Origin: Amoebidium appalachense
Lineage: Eukaryota > Protista > Ichthyosporea
Assembly (NCBI GenBank): GCA_963693365.1
Contig: CAVNZM010000001.1
Location: 13,874,418 to 13,938,417 of the forward strand
Direction: 5' to 3'
DNA length: 64,000 nt
Below the pieces are notes generated by a model, which made no database searches, had not been told where the DNA came from, and saw nothing but the letters and a program-made list of their open reading frames with translations. Shown here in pieces: positions 1 through 35,291 of the stretch; position 1 is the first letter of the stretch, and every line of letters begins with the position of its first letter. Made by a program: the position numbers and the translations under genes.

Positions 1-134
1 GTGGCCCTGAACCTGGCGGAGAACGTCACACTGTGCGGCCTTGGAAACCCATCGTGAGTGTTCATTCCTTTTTTTTTTTGTGGGGGGGGGGGGAGGTGGG
101 AGGGGGGGGGGGGGTTACCTGTAATTGTAACACA

Positions 135-169
<35 letters not shown>

Positions 170-257
170 TGCTTGCTTCCTTGCTATCTCTTGAAAAGAA
201 GAATTGGTAGCCGTATGTCCTTAATTTGTACTTTTGTGGCCCCACAGGACACTACTA

Positions 258-301
<44 letters not shown>

Positions 302-2410
302 ACACACGCACACGCACGCGCACACAACTGCACACGTACAGGCAAGTGCTTCCAGCCGGGTGGGTGTTCGTCAACTCGTCCATCTCCGAGGGTCTTCCGC
401 TTGCCATTGGTGAGGCCGGTCTGTGCGGTCTGCCCGTGGTGTGTACGGACGTGGGCGGGTCACGTGAGGTGCTCTCAGATACCATCCCCGGCCAGCCCAT
501 CGACCCCATGCTCACCTATGGCAGAATCGTGCCTCCTCGCTCATCCTCAGACCTGGTATGTTTTTTGCCAAAAACGACTAAAGTGGTGGTGGTGGTGTTT
601 TTTTTCCTTGTTGTTTTCATACTCCCTGTTGCTCTCCTTTTCTCCCTTCTCCCCCTCCCCTCCCCCCTCCACCCCTCTCTCTCCCCATCTCCAATTTCCA
701 ACCCTGTTCCTTTCCCGCTCCACCCAACCAAAGCACATCACTCTCGATTCAGCTACATGAAACACTAAAATTACAACTTCATAAAAACTCTTCAATATTG
801 GAGGTGAAGATATGCTCCACTCACTAAAGAACACACACCACATTTCTAACCCATTGTTTCTGTTTTTCCAGGCGGTGGCGCAGATGGAGATCTTTGGGAT
901 GATGAACGGGGTGGAGAGGATTGTTGATGCAAACTGCAAGACTGACGTCACCCTGGATTCCCTCAAGGACGACCCTGCCGTATGTGTCCAACCCCCCTTC
1001 CTCCCTTCCCCCCCCCCCCCCCCCCCCCCCCCCACCCCCCGTTTTCCCCCCATCCCCCATTCTGGAAAAAAGTCCCCCCCCCCCCCCCTCCCTCCTCCGT
1101 CCCTTTCCTGTATCTTTGTTTACTACAACCACCACATCAATGCTTTCCCTGTGTGTTTCTCTCTCTCACCCCCCCCCCCCCCTCTCTCTCTCTCTCTCTC
1201 CCCCTCCCTCCCTCTCTCTCTGTCTCTCTCTCTCTTCCCCCCCCCCCCCCCCCCCCCCCCACACACACACACAAATACCTGCCCTCCCCCCTCCCCCCTC
1301 CCCCTCTAAGCCCCAACCTAACCTCCCAACCCCCCCCCCCCCCCCCCTCCGCCCTTCACCCCACAGAAACTCCTTGCGCGCATGATGGACCCCCTCGTCA
1401 AGCCCAAGCGTCGTCGCCTTGGCCTCCTCCTCCGCTCCCGTGTCTACAAGGTCTTCCCCATCTCCCGCTACCTCCGCGAGCACGAGCAGCAGATGTGGAT
1501 CGCCGCGCTCCAGTGCGAACACTGGGACCTGTGGCAGATGGTACAGAGGTACGTCATGCCCCGTCGTCGCATCGCCACCCGCCGACAGGAAGTCGACGAA
1601 GTTCTCCCTCTCACCCCGAGCTTTGTCCCCCCACCCGCACCCCCGGCGCCCGTCGACGAAGCCAAAGAGGAAGAGGCTGCGATGGCTCGAATCAGCGCAA
1701 TCATACCTCAGCCACCAAAGGCACCCTCCGTCCCCGGAACGCCGCAACCCGCCACCCCCACGCATCTTCCCCGTAGCCCGAGGCTGAACGCGCCCAAGAA
1801 ACCTGGGCAGTTGGATACGACGGGTGGACGGAGGGCGTCGGAGGATATGGGAGAGCAGATGGCGAAGATTATGGAGAGAATGGAAAAGAGGGAAGGGGAG
1901 AGAGAGGTGAAGAAGGAGAAAGAAAACATGCAGCAGGCGGCGGGTCCACAGGCGCACCTAGTCAAGGGGCAGGATCTGGAGACTATTATGCAGCTGAGGG
2001 CGCAGCACAATGCAAGCGTTGGTGGTGGCGGGAGCGTGGATGGTGTGGAGGCAAAGAGGGGGGCTAGGGCCAGCGGGACTGCGTCGATGAACGAGACGGT
2101 GCTTTCTATGCAGAGGATTGAGAGCCTCACTATGCAGAGGCAGGCAAGTGTTCACACCTCTCCCCCCCCCCCCCCCCCCCCCCCTTTTCCACGCACACTC
2201 ACACACACACACACACACACACACCGCTCCATGACATAACGTATAGACAAATTAATGCACGTTTCACGGACCCCCCCCCCCTTCCCCCCCACCCCGGGGT
2301 GTCAACACAGACACAGACATCACACCCTTCAACCCCCCCCCCCCCCCCCCCAAACCATCAACCCCTCCACACCACCCCCCCCCCCCCCCCCCCCCAAACC
2401 ATCAACCCCT

Positions 2411-2481
<71 letters not shown>

Positions 2482-2984
2482 CCCTTGAGCATGGCCTCTG
2501 GTTGTGTTGAATGGTCAGTCTTAGTTGTGTTGATGTCGGAAAAGACGCTGTCCGTTCTGTCCGTCGTAGCTATAGAAACCCTTCACTAAGGCATTAGGGA
2601 TGAAAGAACAAATGTCTGATATTAGCGATCGCGAGTGGGTGAGAGACGGGGGGAGGGGGGGCGGAGGGGGGGCGAGTTTCAGAAAAGAGAAAGTGCCCAC
2701 CCTAACGGGTTGTTTTTTGTCCCCAACAGAGCACCAGCACGTCCATGAGGAGGGAGGGCAGTGCGGGCCTGACCAGCAGCCAGCGTGACCTGGCCATGGG
2801 CCGCCAATCATCTCTCAGAACCGCTAGCCTTTTTAGGCAACATTCAGGCGCCCCCAACGCCACCAACTCACCAGCCAGCCCACGGCTCAACGTACGGCCA
2901 ATGACAGATGGGGTCCCGTTGCCTCCCGGCATGACTAGGTCTCCTCCAAGGATTAGAAGCCCGGCTATAACGGGTGGGCAGTAG
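1..2984 (+). CDS. 3' part of a GT4-family glycosyltransferase, PelF/fungal Gtb3-like (5' end outside window)
   Basis: Exons <1-53, 342-555, 872-979, 1367-2143, 2730-2984 splice in frame; the last intron is GC-AG. Contains the GT4 motif NSSISEGLPLAIGEAGLCGLPVVCTDVGG and downstream SRYLREHEQ, followed by a low-complexity tail. Confidence 0.8.
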
Positions 2985-3105
2985 GGTATGGGTGTCAGGA
3001 CACAGGCACATGCACACACATACAGAGAGAGAGACAAGTCATATGACATGCAAACAAATGTAATGGTACTGATGGAACACCATGACCGGGTGCCTTTGGG
3101 GGCAA

Positions 3106-3152
<47 letters not shown>

Positions 3153-4020
3153 TTTCCAGCTAAGTAGTTAGGTAGTTAGTGCAATAGTGCTCCACTATCG
3201 AAATAGGTAACAAAGAATAATCAGGCCACCGTGAACAGTTAGATGAGTGAGACGTATGAGGTTAGAAGCGCTGTGCGCTTGAGTGCAAACTCCCGTAGCA
3301 AGATTTAACAACAACCCAATGAGTATTATAATCGTAAATAGCTCTGATTCGGATAAACTCTTGGCTAGAAAGCATGATGCAGCGTGTACAGTATGTAGTC
3401 TAAGTCTTAGAGCAGAGTTTTAATCCGACATGCATATATAATCACATGTGTATATAGCGAACCTCGAATCAAACAATACAGCCAGTTTAAGGTGGGCAGC
3501 TGGGCTGCCACAAAATACCTAAGGGTCTCGTGTTGATGTTTGGGATTGAACCCTCCATAATAGTTCCAAGATTGGCGCCAACAATTCAACACAAAGCTCA
3601 TTTTCTTCGCCAAACCCCCACCCTCCTCCACCCACCCCTTCCCGCGCTAAATTTTTCGAGACCGATCGGGCCTTCTCCCTCCTCTCCCCCCGAACCCCCG
3701 AACCCCCGGCCTTGCCCTCCCTTTTCGTTGTTTCACCGCCCCCCCCCCCCCCCCCCCCCCCTCCCCCCCCCCCGCCACCCTCTCCCCCACACACACATCT
3801 TTAGCATACCGTATACACGAGTATAAAATTACTATGGAGAAGGGAAATCTGTCTGTTCGGTCCCCATGTGGCACACCAGTCCAGGTCAGGAGAACATGCT
3901 GCTGTTTCTGATAGCATCGGTAGGTCGAACAGGGTGGTATACTGTACAGTCACCCACTCAATTAGTGTGGCCAGGATGGTGACGATTTGGGCCGGACCTG
4001 TATTTTTCATTTGGAAACTT

Positions 4021-4053
<33 letters not shown>

Positions 4054-4194
4054 CCCCCACACACACACACACACGCGCGCGTGTACAGGCGCCTCCGCGG
4101 GGCGGGGAGGGGGTCCCGGAGGGGGCATATGATTATTAGATTTCACCCCTGTATACCCTCCCCCCCCCCCCCCCCCCCCCCCCTTCCACCCGGT

Positions 4195-6011
<1,817 letters not shown>

Positions 6012-6521
6012 TCTGCCTATACTATGCCCTCAACGTGTTACAGTCTTGTGTATATCAGCTGATTCACATTTTGGGAACGTGCATGAAGCATACATTCAGA
6101 GACAGACACACATCCCTGACAATGTGCAAAAAAAGACCAATACTGCCTTGCGTCATGAGTTTGCCCACAAACCCCTGCGGGTGTGTGTCTGTGTGTGCGT
6201 GTGTGTGTGTATAGCATGTGTGTGTGTGTGTGTCTGTGTGTGCGTGTGTGTGTGTATAGCATGTGTGTGTGTGTCTGTGTGTGCGTGTGTGTGTGTATAG
6301 CATGTGTGTGTGTGCCTGTGTGTGTGTGTGTGTGTGTGTGTGTGGAGCATGTGTGTATGTGTCTGTGTGTCTGTGTGTTTGTGTGCGTGTGCGTGTATGT
6401 GTGTATGTGTGTGTGCGCGCACGCACATGTGTATAACACATGTACATAGCGCATGCGTATGTGTGTATTTGTATGTGTGTGTGTGTGTGCACGCACCCGC
6501 CTTTGCGCGCATGTGTTGCAG

Positions 6522-6650
6522 GTTTCCTGCAGCTATGTAATAATAGTCTTATTGTTTCCTGCAGCTATGTAATAATAGTCTTATTGTTTCCTGCAGCTAT
6601 GTAATAATAGTCTTATTGTTTCCTGCAGCTATGTAATAATAGTCTTATTG
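6522..6650. repeat. 32-bp tandem repeat x4
   Basis: Unit gtttcctgcagctatgtaataatagtcttatt, four contiguous copies abutting the stop codon of the minus-strand oxidoreductase. Confidence 0.95.
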
Positions 6651-11023
<4,373 letters not shown>

Positions 11024-12344
11024 GTTGCACTAGTATTCCCTCTGATGTTTTTCCAACTCCTTCCCCCTCCAGACAAGATTGGTTAAATGTATTGAACCTC
11101 TCGCTAACGTGCGAAACGAACAAGCGATTTTCAACCCAAAATCTTCTACCCCTCTACGTTTGGAGTGGAAAGTTTCTTTTTGCTACAGTAGGCCTGGCAC
11201 AGGTCAGGTCAAAGTTGTGGAGCCTGACGTCATGACCATGGGCACGTTACAAGCACCGCGTCGCCGGCCCTTGATGATTAGCAAAATAGCTGAAGTTAAG
11301 AAAGCAGAGACACTTATCACTGTTTAATCACAACGTTAGAGGTTACAAGTACATCATCCAGCAGAAAATTACAACATAATCATGGAACTTGAAACCGTTT
11401 CTCCCGGCAATCATCTCGGCGCAGTTCAAGTCTCGCGGAGTCACAGTTTCAAAAAACGCGCCAAGAGCCAACAAAAGCCAATCAAGATTTGAATCTGCAC
11501 AACAGTAAAAAAAACGCGATTGGGCCATACACTAGTTCTCCTAGAGCACAGTCACTTTTGTTGACCAGAATCAGAATGCCGGCCTGCGCATCTGTATGTA
11601 GCCATCGATGTTGTCACTCAAGTGACCCAACTCGCTCTGAGATAAGCATCTAGAGCAGATTCAAGGTGCAAAAACCAGAGAATAAAGTTACATACAGTCT
11701 TATAAAAACCTGCCTGCGCGTTTAATATGTTCATTAAAATAGAAGAGTGAAGCTCCAGCTCCCTGAGGTCATATCAGGCGCCAGCCGCTGGCACTAGCTA
11801 GTACTGTGGCAGAGGTGGTTTAGTATGACTCCCCAGACTATATTGTGGGTATATACTATAGGGTCCAATCTGCCACAGATTTTTACGTTTCAAATATGAC
11901 AGACAAAAAGGAAGTTAAGGTAATTTAGAAAGCCTAAAAATATATCCAAAAAATCTAATAAATATATTGCGTATTTTTGAAGTAAGCTGCCTGAAAGTGA
12001 GTCTTAGTCACCAAGACTTAATGAGAACGTTGATTTTCAAAAATTTTATTCAATTGTAAAGTCATTATCAAAATTGTAAAGCCCCACTTTCATTTTCTTG
12101 ATTGAGATTTAAATCACCTGTAAACTTCACAACAACAAATATTACTAAAAAATAATATCAGCGATTCTCATGTCAGAACATTTCATGTATAGCCGCCTCG
12201 AACCGGCCTCGCACCGCACTCTCGGAGGAGAGCTCTCATGCGTTCGGAACATTTCTTGTACTCGAACTTATTACGAAGTTCAGATACAGGCAGAAAAAAC
12301 AAACAATACACACAGGCAAAGACACACGACGTACACGCGCAAGC

Positions 12345-14527
12345 ATGAACAACTTCCTCGAGCTCCGAGTTGCACATGCACCAGACTTCCCACACAGTGC
12401 GCCGCACAGCCCCAACCTTTCCTCACCTCGCGACGTTAACATGAACGACTTCAGCTTTTCCACCCCGAACAGTCCAATGTTTTGCCCAGGCAGCCCCATG
12501 ATGGCTCCATTGAGCCCCCGCTTAGGAAACAAACAGAGCTCGCTGGCAAATGCCCCCTCAGCACCCGTTATCTTACCTCGTGATGGCAATATTTTAGGCA
12601 GCGGCCTCCCTACTAACATCTCTCTCTGCCCAAAGGTGAGTCGAGTGTCTACCCCCTTCTCCCCCCCCCCCCCCTCCCCCTCCCCCCTCCCCCCCCCCCC
12701 CCCCCCCCCCCCTCTCCCCTTCCCCTCAACCTCCCCTCCGCTGTTTGCGAACTAGGTTCTTGTGTTGGTGTGTCTAAACATCTTTCGAAGCTTCAAGGAC
12801 AGGATCGCCTCGGTGGCATGGCCAATAACAATCATGATCCCCCTGCTACCGGTACCCGAGAAGTGAAGGTTATGGCAGCCTTTTTGCGGCTGAAAGGTTC
12901 ATGAGGCCAATAGTGTTCGGTGTTTTGTTTGTACGTGTCAATATGTACAATGATACAGCTCGCATTACCCTTTCGAGAACTGCCAGTGGAAAAATCTTCG
13001 TTAACACAAAGCACCAAACTTAGCACTTGATCTAGGCAAACTCGTCAGGGGCAAGTCGTTGTAGGCTAGCTTGCTGCTTGGAATTACTATGGTGGCATGA
13101 AATAACATGCAATAACACAAATAAACCTTCTACCAGGAACCCAGAAAGCGCCGGCGCCAGGCGGAGCTCGACCTTGCGTTCCCTTGCACGGTCCCAGGAT
13201 GTGAGCGCAGGTGGGGTACCCCGGTTATGTCCCCCGAGTTCTGCTTATCGTGCTGCACTGTCATCTTGTGTGCACTGCAACTTGGCCTCAACAGTGTGTT
13301 GTCCGTCGTCGAGGTGGACTGCGTACTCTGTTCCCTCTAGGTCGAAACTCGGGTACTGTGGATGACGTGGGCCCCCCCTGAGGATGGGCTCTGGTTATTA
13401 TGCATACTCTTTATGTATGGCTTGCATTCTGCATCGTGTTATCCGTTTGTTCTTGTGTACTTCGTACTTTTTGACGCATTCAAAACCCCCCAACCCCACC
13501 CCCACCCCACCCCTTGCTGCTCCAACCTTTCCAGGTTTATTGCTTCGCACCGCTGAGGGGTCCTAACAACTTTGCTTGGTGCAGATATGCGCTCGAGAAC
13601 TCCCTTCACCAGCACCTTCGCAACTTTCACAATGTGCGCACTCCTCCACGTTCGCCTATCCATACAAAGCGCAGCCCCAGGTTGAAACACAACGAACATC
13701 AGATGTCATCCTTGGAGGATGCCCACGAGGCAGCGAACGCCGCCGCTCTGGTGCAGATCATCCACAGCAATGAAGCCGGTTCCGTTAACCGGAACAGCAT
13801 CCAGTCCTCGTACCAGGGCCTGCTTGACGCCTTTCCAGGAGGAAACTTCAGTTTTCCAGCAACAAGCACAAGCAACAACAACGGCAACGGCATGGCGCTT
13901 GATCTCGACATGCCGGTGTTTCCCTTGGCAACCGTAAAGTCAGAGAACGATATATACTCCACCCTTTCAAACATCAGTTCGGAACAAAACTTTTACGGCA
14001 TGCAGCCACCGACACTCTCTTATGCACCGACGATGCCTGAATTAACGCTGAGGAACGCCGAGTGCCCGCCCCCGCTCTCTGCCCCTCTGGCCAACGGAAA
14101 CATTTCTCTTGTCCCGCAGATGTATCCTAACGGAAATATGGCCCAACAAGTACAGTTGCCACCTGTGGATCTGGTTCAGCCAGCGGTGATTAGTGATAGC
14201 ACTATGGAGCTGGTGAACCAGATGGTGCAGGGTCAAGAGATCAAGCAAGAGCCGGTGCCCTTTATTGGCGATAGCACGATGGATGCTGTGACTCGAGCCT
14301 TGGAGGAGAGAGACAAGCTGGCCCCTCTGCCCAGTGTGACCCACACATATCAGCAACAACAAGCACCTGCTCTTGGGATAAATCTAAGTGATAGCACCAT
14401 CCAGTTTGTGAACCAGTTGCTTGATTCACAGAATGGGGGGAGCAATGTTCATGCAAGTGGCACTGGGCACATGACAAGTGCTGATAGGATAGAAAGTATT
14501 GTACAGCAGCTTAAGACTGGTTCGTAA
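12345..14527 (+). CDS. Putative transcription factor with one atypical C2H2-like zinc finger and a Q/P/S-rich tail
   Basis: Exons 12345-12635 and 13535-14527 (AAG|gtgagt ... ccag|GTT). Splicing joins CPK|VYC...LHQHLRNFH; many SP/SPR motifs. Confidence 0.7.
12755..13337 (+). mobile_element. Divergent retroelement 3' fragment related to the poly(C)-targeted family
   Basis: Starts just after a poly(C) tract. Tail ctgcttatcgtgc...gtgttgtccgt...gactgcgtactct resembles the family tail; closing stem taggcaaactcg (13033-13044)/cgagttctgctta (13235-13247). Confidence 0.4.
13338..13485 (+). mobile_element. 5'-truncated copy of poly(C)-targeted PLE-like retroelement (family A)
   Basis: Near-identical to the last ~148 bp of 31358-32030; ends gacgcattcaaaa followed by C-rich sequence; intronic. 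Confidence 0.85.
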
Positions 14528-16290
14528 GGTCTACGTAGTCGCAGCACATAACACACTACATGACACAGTACACATAACATTGTATTACACTATATTGCCC
14601 TGCTTTCGTTTTTTCTGTTGATGCTCGAATGAAAAGTGTAAGGTCACTGTCGTGACCTTAGTCTGAAGACTTAACCTGTTTGTTTCCTTTTGTCAGATAG
14701 TTTGCATGACCTTGTTGTGTATCATTATGATAGTAGAGCTATGTGATGTGCACAATCTTAGGGAGGTGCTTATAGCCATATGTATTAACTAACATGTACA
14801 AATTATTATAGAGCACAGGTTGGAAATACTTGTTGCTTGTAATTTTTTAGCGCCGGCGAGAAGGTTTTGTGTTGGTTGTGTGCGCAATTTTCCGTGCCAG
14901 AGGGGGCTTGTGCTGTAGGTGAGAAAAAGCCCGGTATAGGTATACAAGTAAATGTATTTGTAGAGGATCAACGCAACGACGTAAGTCAACGATGGCCTGT
15001 CGGTCTCTCGGGCACCGTATGTTTCGTTTTCACGGCTTCACTGTGCATAATTATCATTGAAACCTTACGCTTGCCCACGTCTAACACCTATAGAATTTCA
15101 GAAACCTTGGAAGACGCGCTCTCTCTCGCTTTCGGCCCCCCGCCCTCCCCCAGGGTCAAGTTTGGTGATCCTCTGACGTCATACTTCAAGCAAGTGCGGT
15201 ATTTTTTATCGGTGATTCCGATCGCAGCAGCTACGTATGGTAGACTAGCCAGCTACCGTATTCCGGGGCTACATGTACAGAATGCGAGTACATAGTTGTG
15301 TTTAGATGGTGTTTGGAAACGTTCGGAAAGTTCATACATGTTTTCTGGAACCTACAAATATATATATTTACGAGTAGTGAGATTTGATGGGTTGTGTTGG
15401 AAGATATTGCACCGCTGAAAGGCTGCTATAAATCGCAGAACCTGTTTGGGAAGGAATTTAAGTTTTGTTTGAACCTTGGGGTGTAACCAATCAGTTGCAC
15501 TAGTTTCTACTGCATATTTTGGTTGACCCAAGAGGGTGAGTAGTAGGTTAGTGTTTTCAAATACATTAGGAGAGGAGGGAGATTTTGTACCAGTTCGAAG
15601 TTTGCTAAAGGAGCACGCAACGACCAAGGCCGCATCATCGCTGAATTGGTGATCCTTTGTCCGCACAAGGTGAGCCACGGGAACCTCGAAGTGGTCTTTC
15701 TGGGAGAATTTTTGTTTCTTTTCTTCTTTCTCTCTCTACCTCGATGTGGTGCGTGTGTGTGGGGGGGTTTAGGAGGGGAGGGGGTGAGGGGATGAAGGGA
15801 GGGGAGGGGGTTGGAGAGCGGGAGGGGGAGGAGAGAGGGGAGTGGTTTTAACTTGACATTTGTGTCAATAGAGGAGAGAAAGCGGTTCCATCTGACTCCC
15901 CCTTCCCTGCCCCCTTCCCCCCCCCCCCCCCCCCCCCTCCCCCCCCCCCCTCCCCCGCCCCGCCCCTCCCCCACTCACCCTTCTCACCCCTCTCTTTTTA
16001 CAAAGCGTCCGCTGTAAAAGGTCTCTGCCTTGCGTCCCGTCCCGTTGCTAGCTTGCATCCGCCAAGTATGAAATGTGTTCTGCATGTTTAATTACTTCGT
16101 CGTTAGCAAAGTCTCAAGGTGTCACCCACAACATGCCCCCTCCCCCTCCCCCTCCCCGCCCTCGTCCCCTCCCCTTCCCCATTCTCCCCCCGCTCCCGCT
16201 TCCCATACCATTTCCCCTTTGCTCTTGTCTTCCTACACCAGGACACTAGCAACATTGACACGAACCACACCTTCTTCCCGTCTATGTGGT

Positions 16291-16333
<43 letters not shown>

Positions 16334-16427
16334 ATTTCTCCTCCTCACGGGGCCTTCCCCATGGCAGTGTTAGGGCAGACTTGCTTGCAAAGGCAAGGCT
16401 TTATGGTTCTATGAGCCACAGTGTGCC

Positions 16428-32904
<16,477 letters not shown>

Positions 32905-33169
32905 CGTACGTAGTGCTGCCTTTGTGCCTCCTTTCCTTCTGTTTTTTCTGTTTTTCCTTCTTTTTTTTTTCTTTCTCCCCCTTTTCCTGCTTCTTTTTTT
33001 GGTGTATATATTATCCATGTTTCTGTGGGTGTGGGTGTGGGTGGTGTTGTGTGTGCCTGTGTGGGCGAAAAGGACGAGAGAGTGTGGAAGCGTGAAAATT
33101 AGGGCAGGTCTGGTGGTTGCTGTAGTGGTTCCTGCATGCGGAATATTCCCTTGAAGTGTGTATATAGAT

Positions 33170-33897
33170 GCGTGGCTGCCTTCCTAAGTACTCGTTTTTA
33201 GGCATGTTTGCATATGTATGGACCCTAGCCTGCATGTTGCATTGGGTGGTGCAAAACTGACTTGTCGTCACCCGGCCAATATTACCGCACACACAGGCGC
33301 TGGCACACCCGGGCACACCCGGGCACACACACACCACCACAGGCATCAGCTTTCATGATTGGGGCAGAGAGAGGATCATCTTCGAAATCCCTAGCAGGTC
33401 TGGGGCTGTGGGTTTTGTGTATAACGGGAAAATAAGTGCAAGGACCAATGGGAATCCTGTGTTAAATCTGGCATCCAATAGCATGCCGACGATATAATTT
33501 ATATATCCAGCAGTGGTTGGACGTGGAGACGGCGTTGATCGCACCGACGACAATTGAGCAGGTTCTCTTTTTTGTGTCGTCGTGTTTTTGGATATACATA
33601 TGGGGTGGTGTATATCTCATTGACAGACTGTACCTTAGAAAAAAAAACAATAGGGTTGAAGTTTGTGTGGAGTGGGTTAAGAATATCTTTATCCGGGGTT
33701 TTCATGCTGCTGCCCATGATAGTACGATCGGCAGGTCCCGATTCTACTGCATAAGACTTTGTGTGCCGGTTGTGCAACTGTATTTGATTTACACCTTCAT
33801 TTCTAAAATTTCAGTTTCTAGGTGTGTTAGTATGTGAAAATAATTGTGCCGATCCGAGGGTAGGCGGACAGGCGGGCAGGATTTGGGGGGGGGGGCA

Positions 33898-33980
<83 letters not shown>

Positions 33981-34150
33981 CTCCAATCAGTAATGTTCTT
34001 ACAGACCGAGATCTAAGACTCGGCCCATATCTTGTCATGGGTGTGTGTGGGCTGGCCGGCACACCCACTCCTTGAGATTTCATCAACACAGAAAAAATGT
34101 TGGCATGCATTATTATGAAAATAAAACGCATGCTGAGCGTGTTGATCAGA
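33170..34150 (-). pseudogene. Degenerate, frameshifted PLE-like reverse transcriptase relic
   Basis: Fragments in the expected order: RYGPSLR (GPKYR-like), GPADRTIMG (PADK-like), PYVYPKTRRHK (PKIHK-like), IMKADA (motif A-like). All are weak visual matches. Confidence 0.35.
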
Positions 34151-34729
34151 ATTAGTGAATTAAGTGCACCGTAGCTTGGTGGCCAGATCGGACTTATTCT
34201 TTCGGATTAGTGACCAGGCAGAGAGGGAGGGACTGACATGTGACCCCATGATCTATGTAGCCCCCCCCCCCCCCCCCCCCCCCCCCTCCCCCCCCTCCCC
34301 ACACACACACACACACACACACGCACAAAAAAAAAAAAAAATGCGCACACACGTATACACACACACACAGTCACCGTGACACACGCACGCACTGACACAC
34401 ACGCACACACACGCACACACGCACGCAACAAGCGCGCACACACATGTGCACACACACATACACACAAACACATATGCACACACGCACACACACACACACA
34501 TACACACAAACACATATGCACATACGCACACGCACACACATACGCACATACGCGTACACACACACACGCGCGCGCGCACGCGCCCGGTACCTGCACGTGC
34601 ACACACGTGCACATTCGACATCAGAACAGAGTATACTATGAATGAGCTTGAAGTTTGCTTGTGCAGGTATGACTTATTTACTTCTCGTAATGACGCTAGT
34701 ACTTCTGGGGTAGGGGGGGGGTGGGGGGA

Positions 34730-34765
<36 letters not shown>

Positions 34766-34914
34766 GGGATACTGAGAAGAGGGTTGTGGGATACATATTA
34801 CATGTTTTGATTCAAGTTTTGTTTCAAACTTTTTTTTGCTGCTTGCTATGTAGCCAGATTCAGCCAATCCACCTTAACTGCATAGTTGCAGCTGCGAATT
34901 CGAAGATACGAAAC

Positions 34915-35197
34915 CGTTACCGTGCATCAACTCAAAAGCATACTATAAATAAATAATTAATATAGCTAATATAGTGCCGTACTACTGCATTACATCATGA
35001 TATTCTTTATTTTTTTTTTTTATTTTTTTTTTATTTTATCCCGTTTCACTCCCAGCGAGGCACTGCCTCAGGGGAGCTTACCGTCTTCCGCCTAGACACA
35101 GATCGTACTGTATAGCACACTCATAAGTCAGGATTCTAATTGACCCCAACTGGGATTACATCATGATAGCATTGTACATATTTATGCGTGTGTATAT

Positions 35198-35238
<41 letters not shown>

Positions 35239-35291
35239 GTGTGTCAATGTGTGTGCCACCTTGTGTGTTTGTGTGTGTGTTTGCATAAGTG
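34915..35291 (+). repeat. Dispersed repeat, inverted copy of 43610-43798
   Basis: cgttaccgtgcatcaactcaaaagcat...gcataagtg is the reverse complement of 43610-43798 apart from a nested insertion and GT-tract differences. Confidence 0.9.
35003..35154 (-). mobile_element. Poly(A)-tailed SINE or LINE 3' fragment with a 14-bp target-site duplication
   Basis: Flanked by attacatcatgata (34989-35002 and 35155-35168); T-rich tail on the + strand; empty site visible at 43711-43724. Confidence 0.9.

Noticed and set aside
6522-6650. CRISPR-like array of 32-bp repeats
   Set aside because: No spacers, no cas genes, eukaryotic context.
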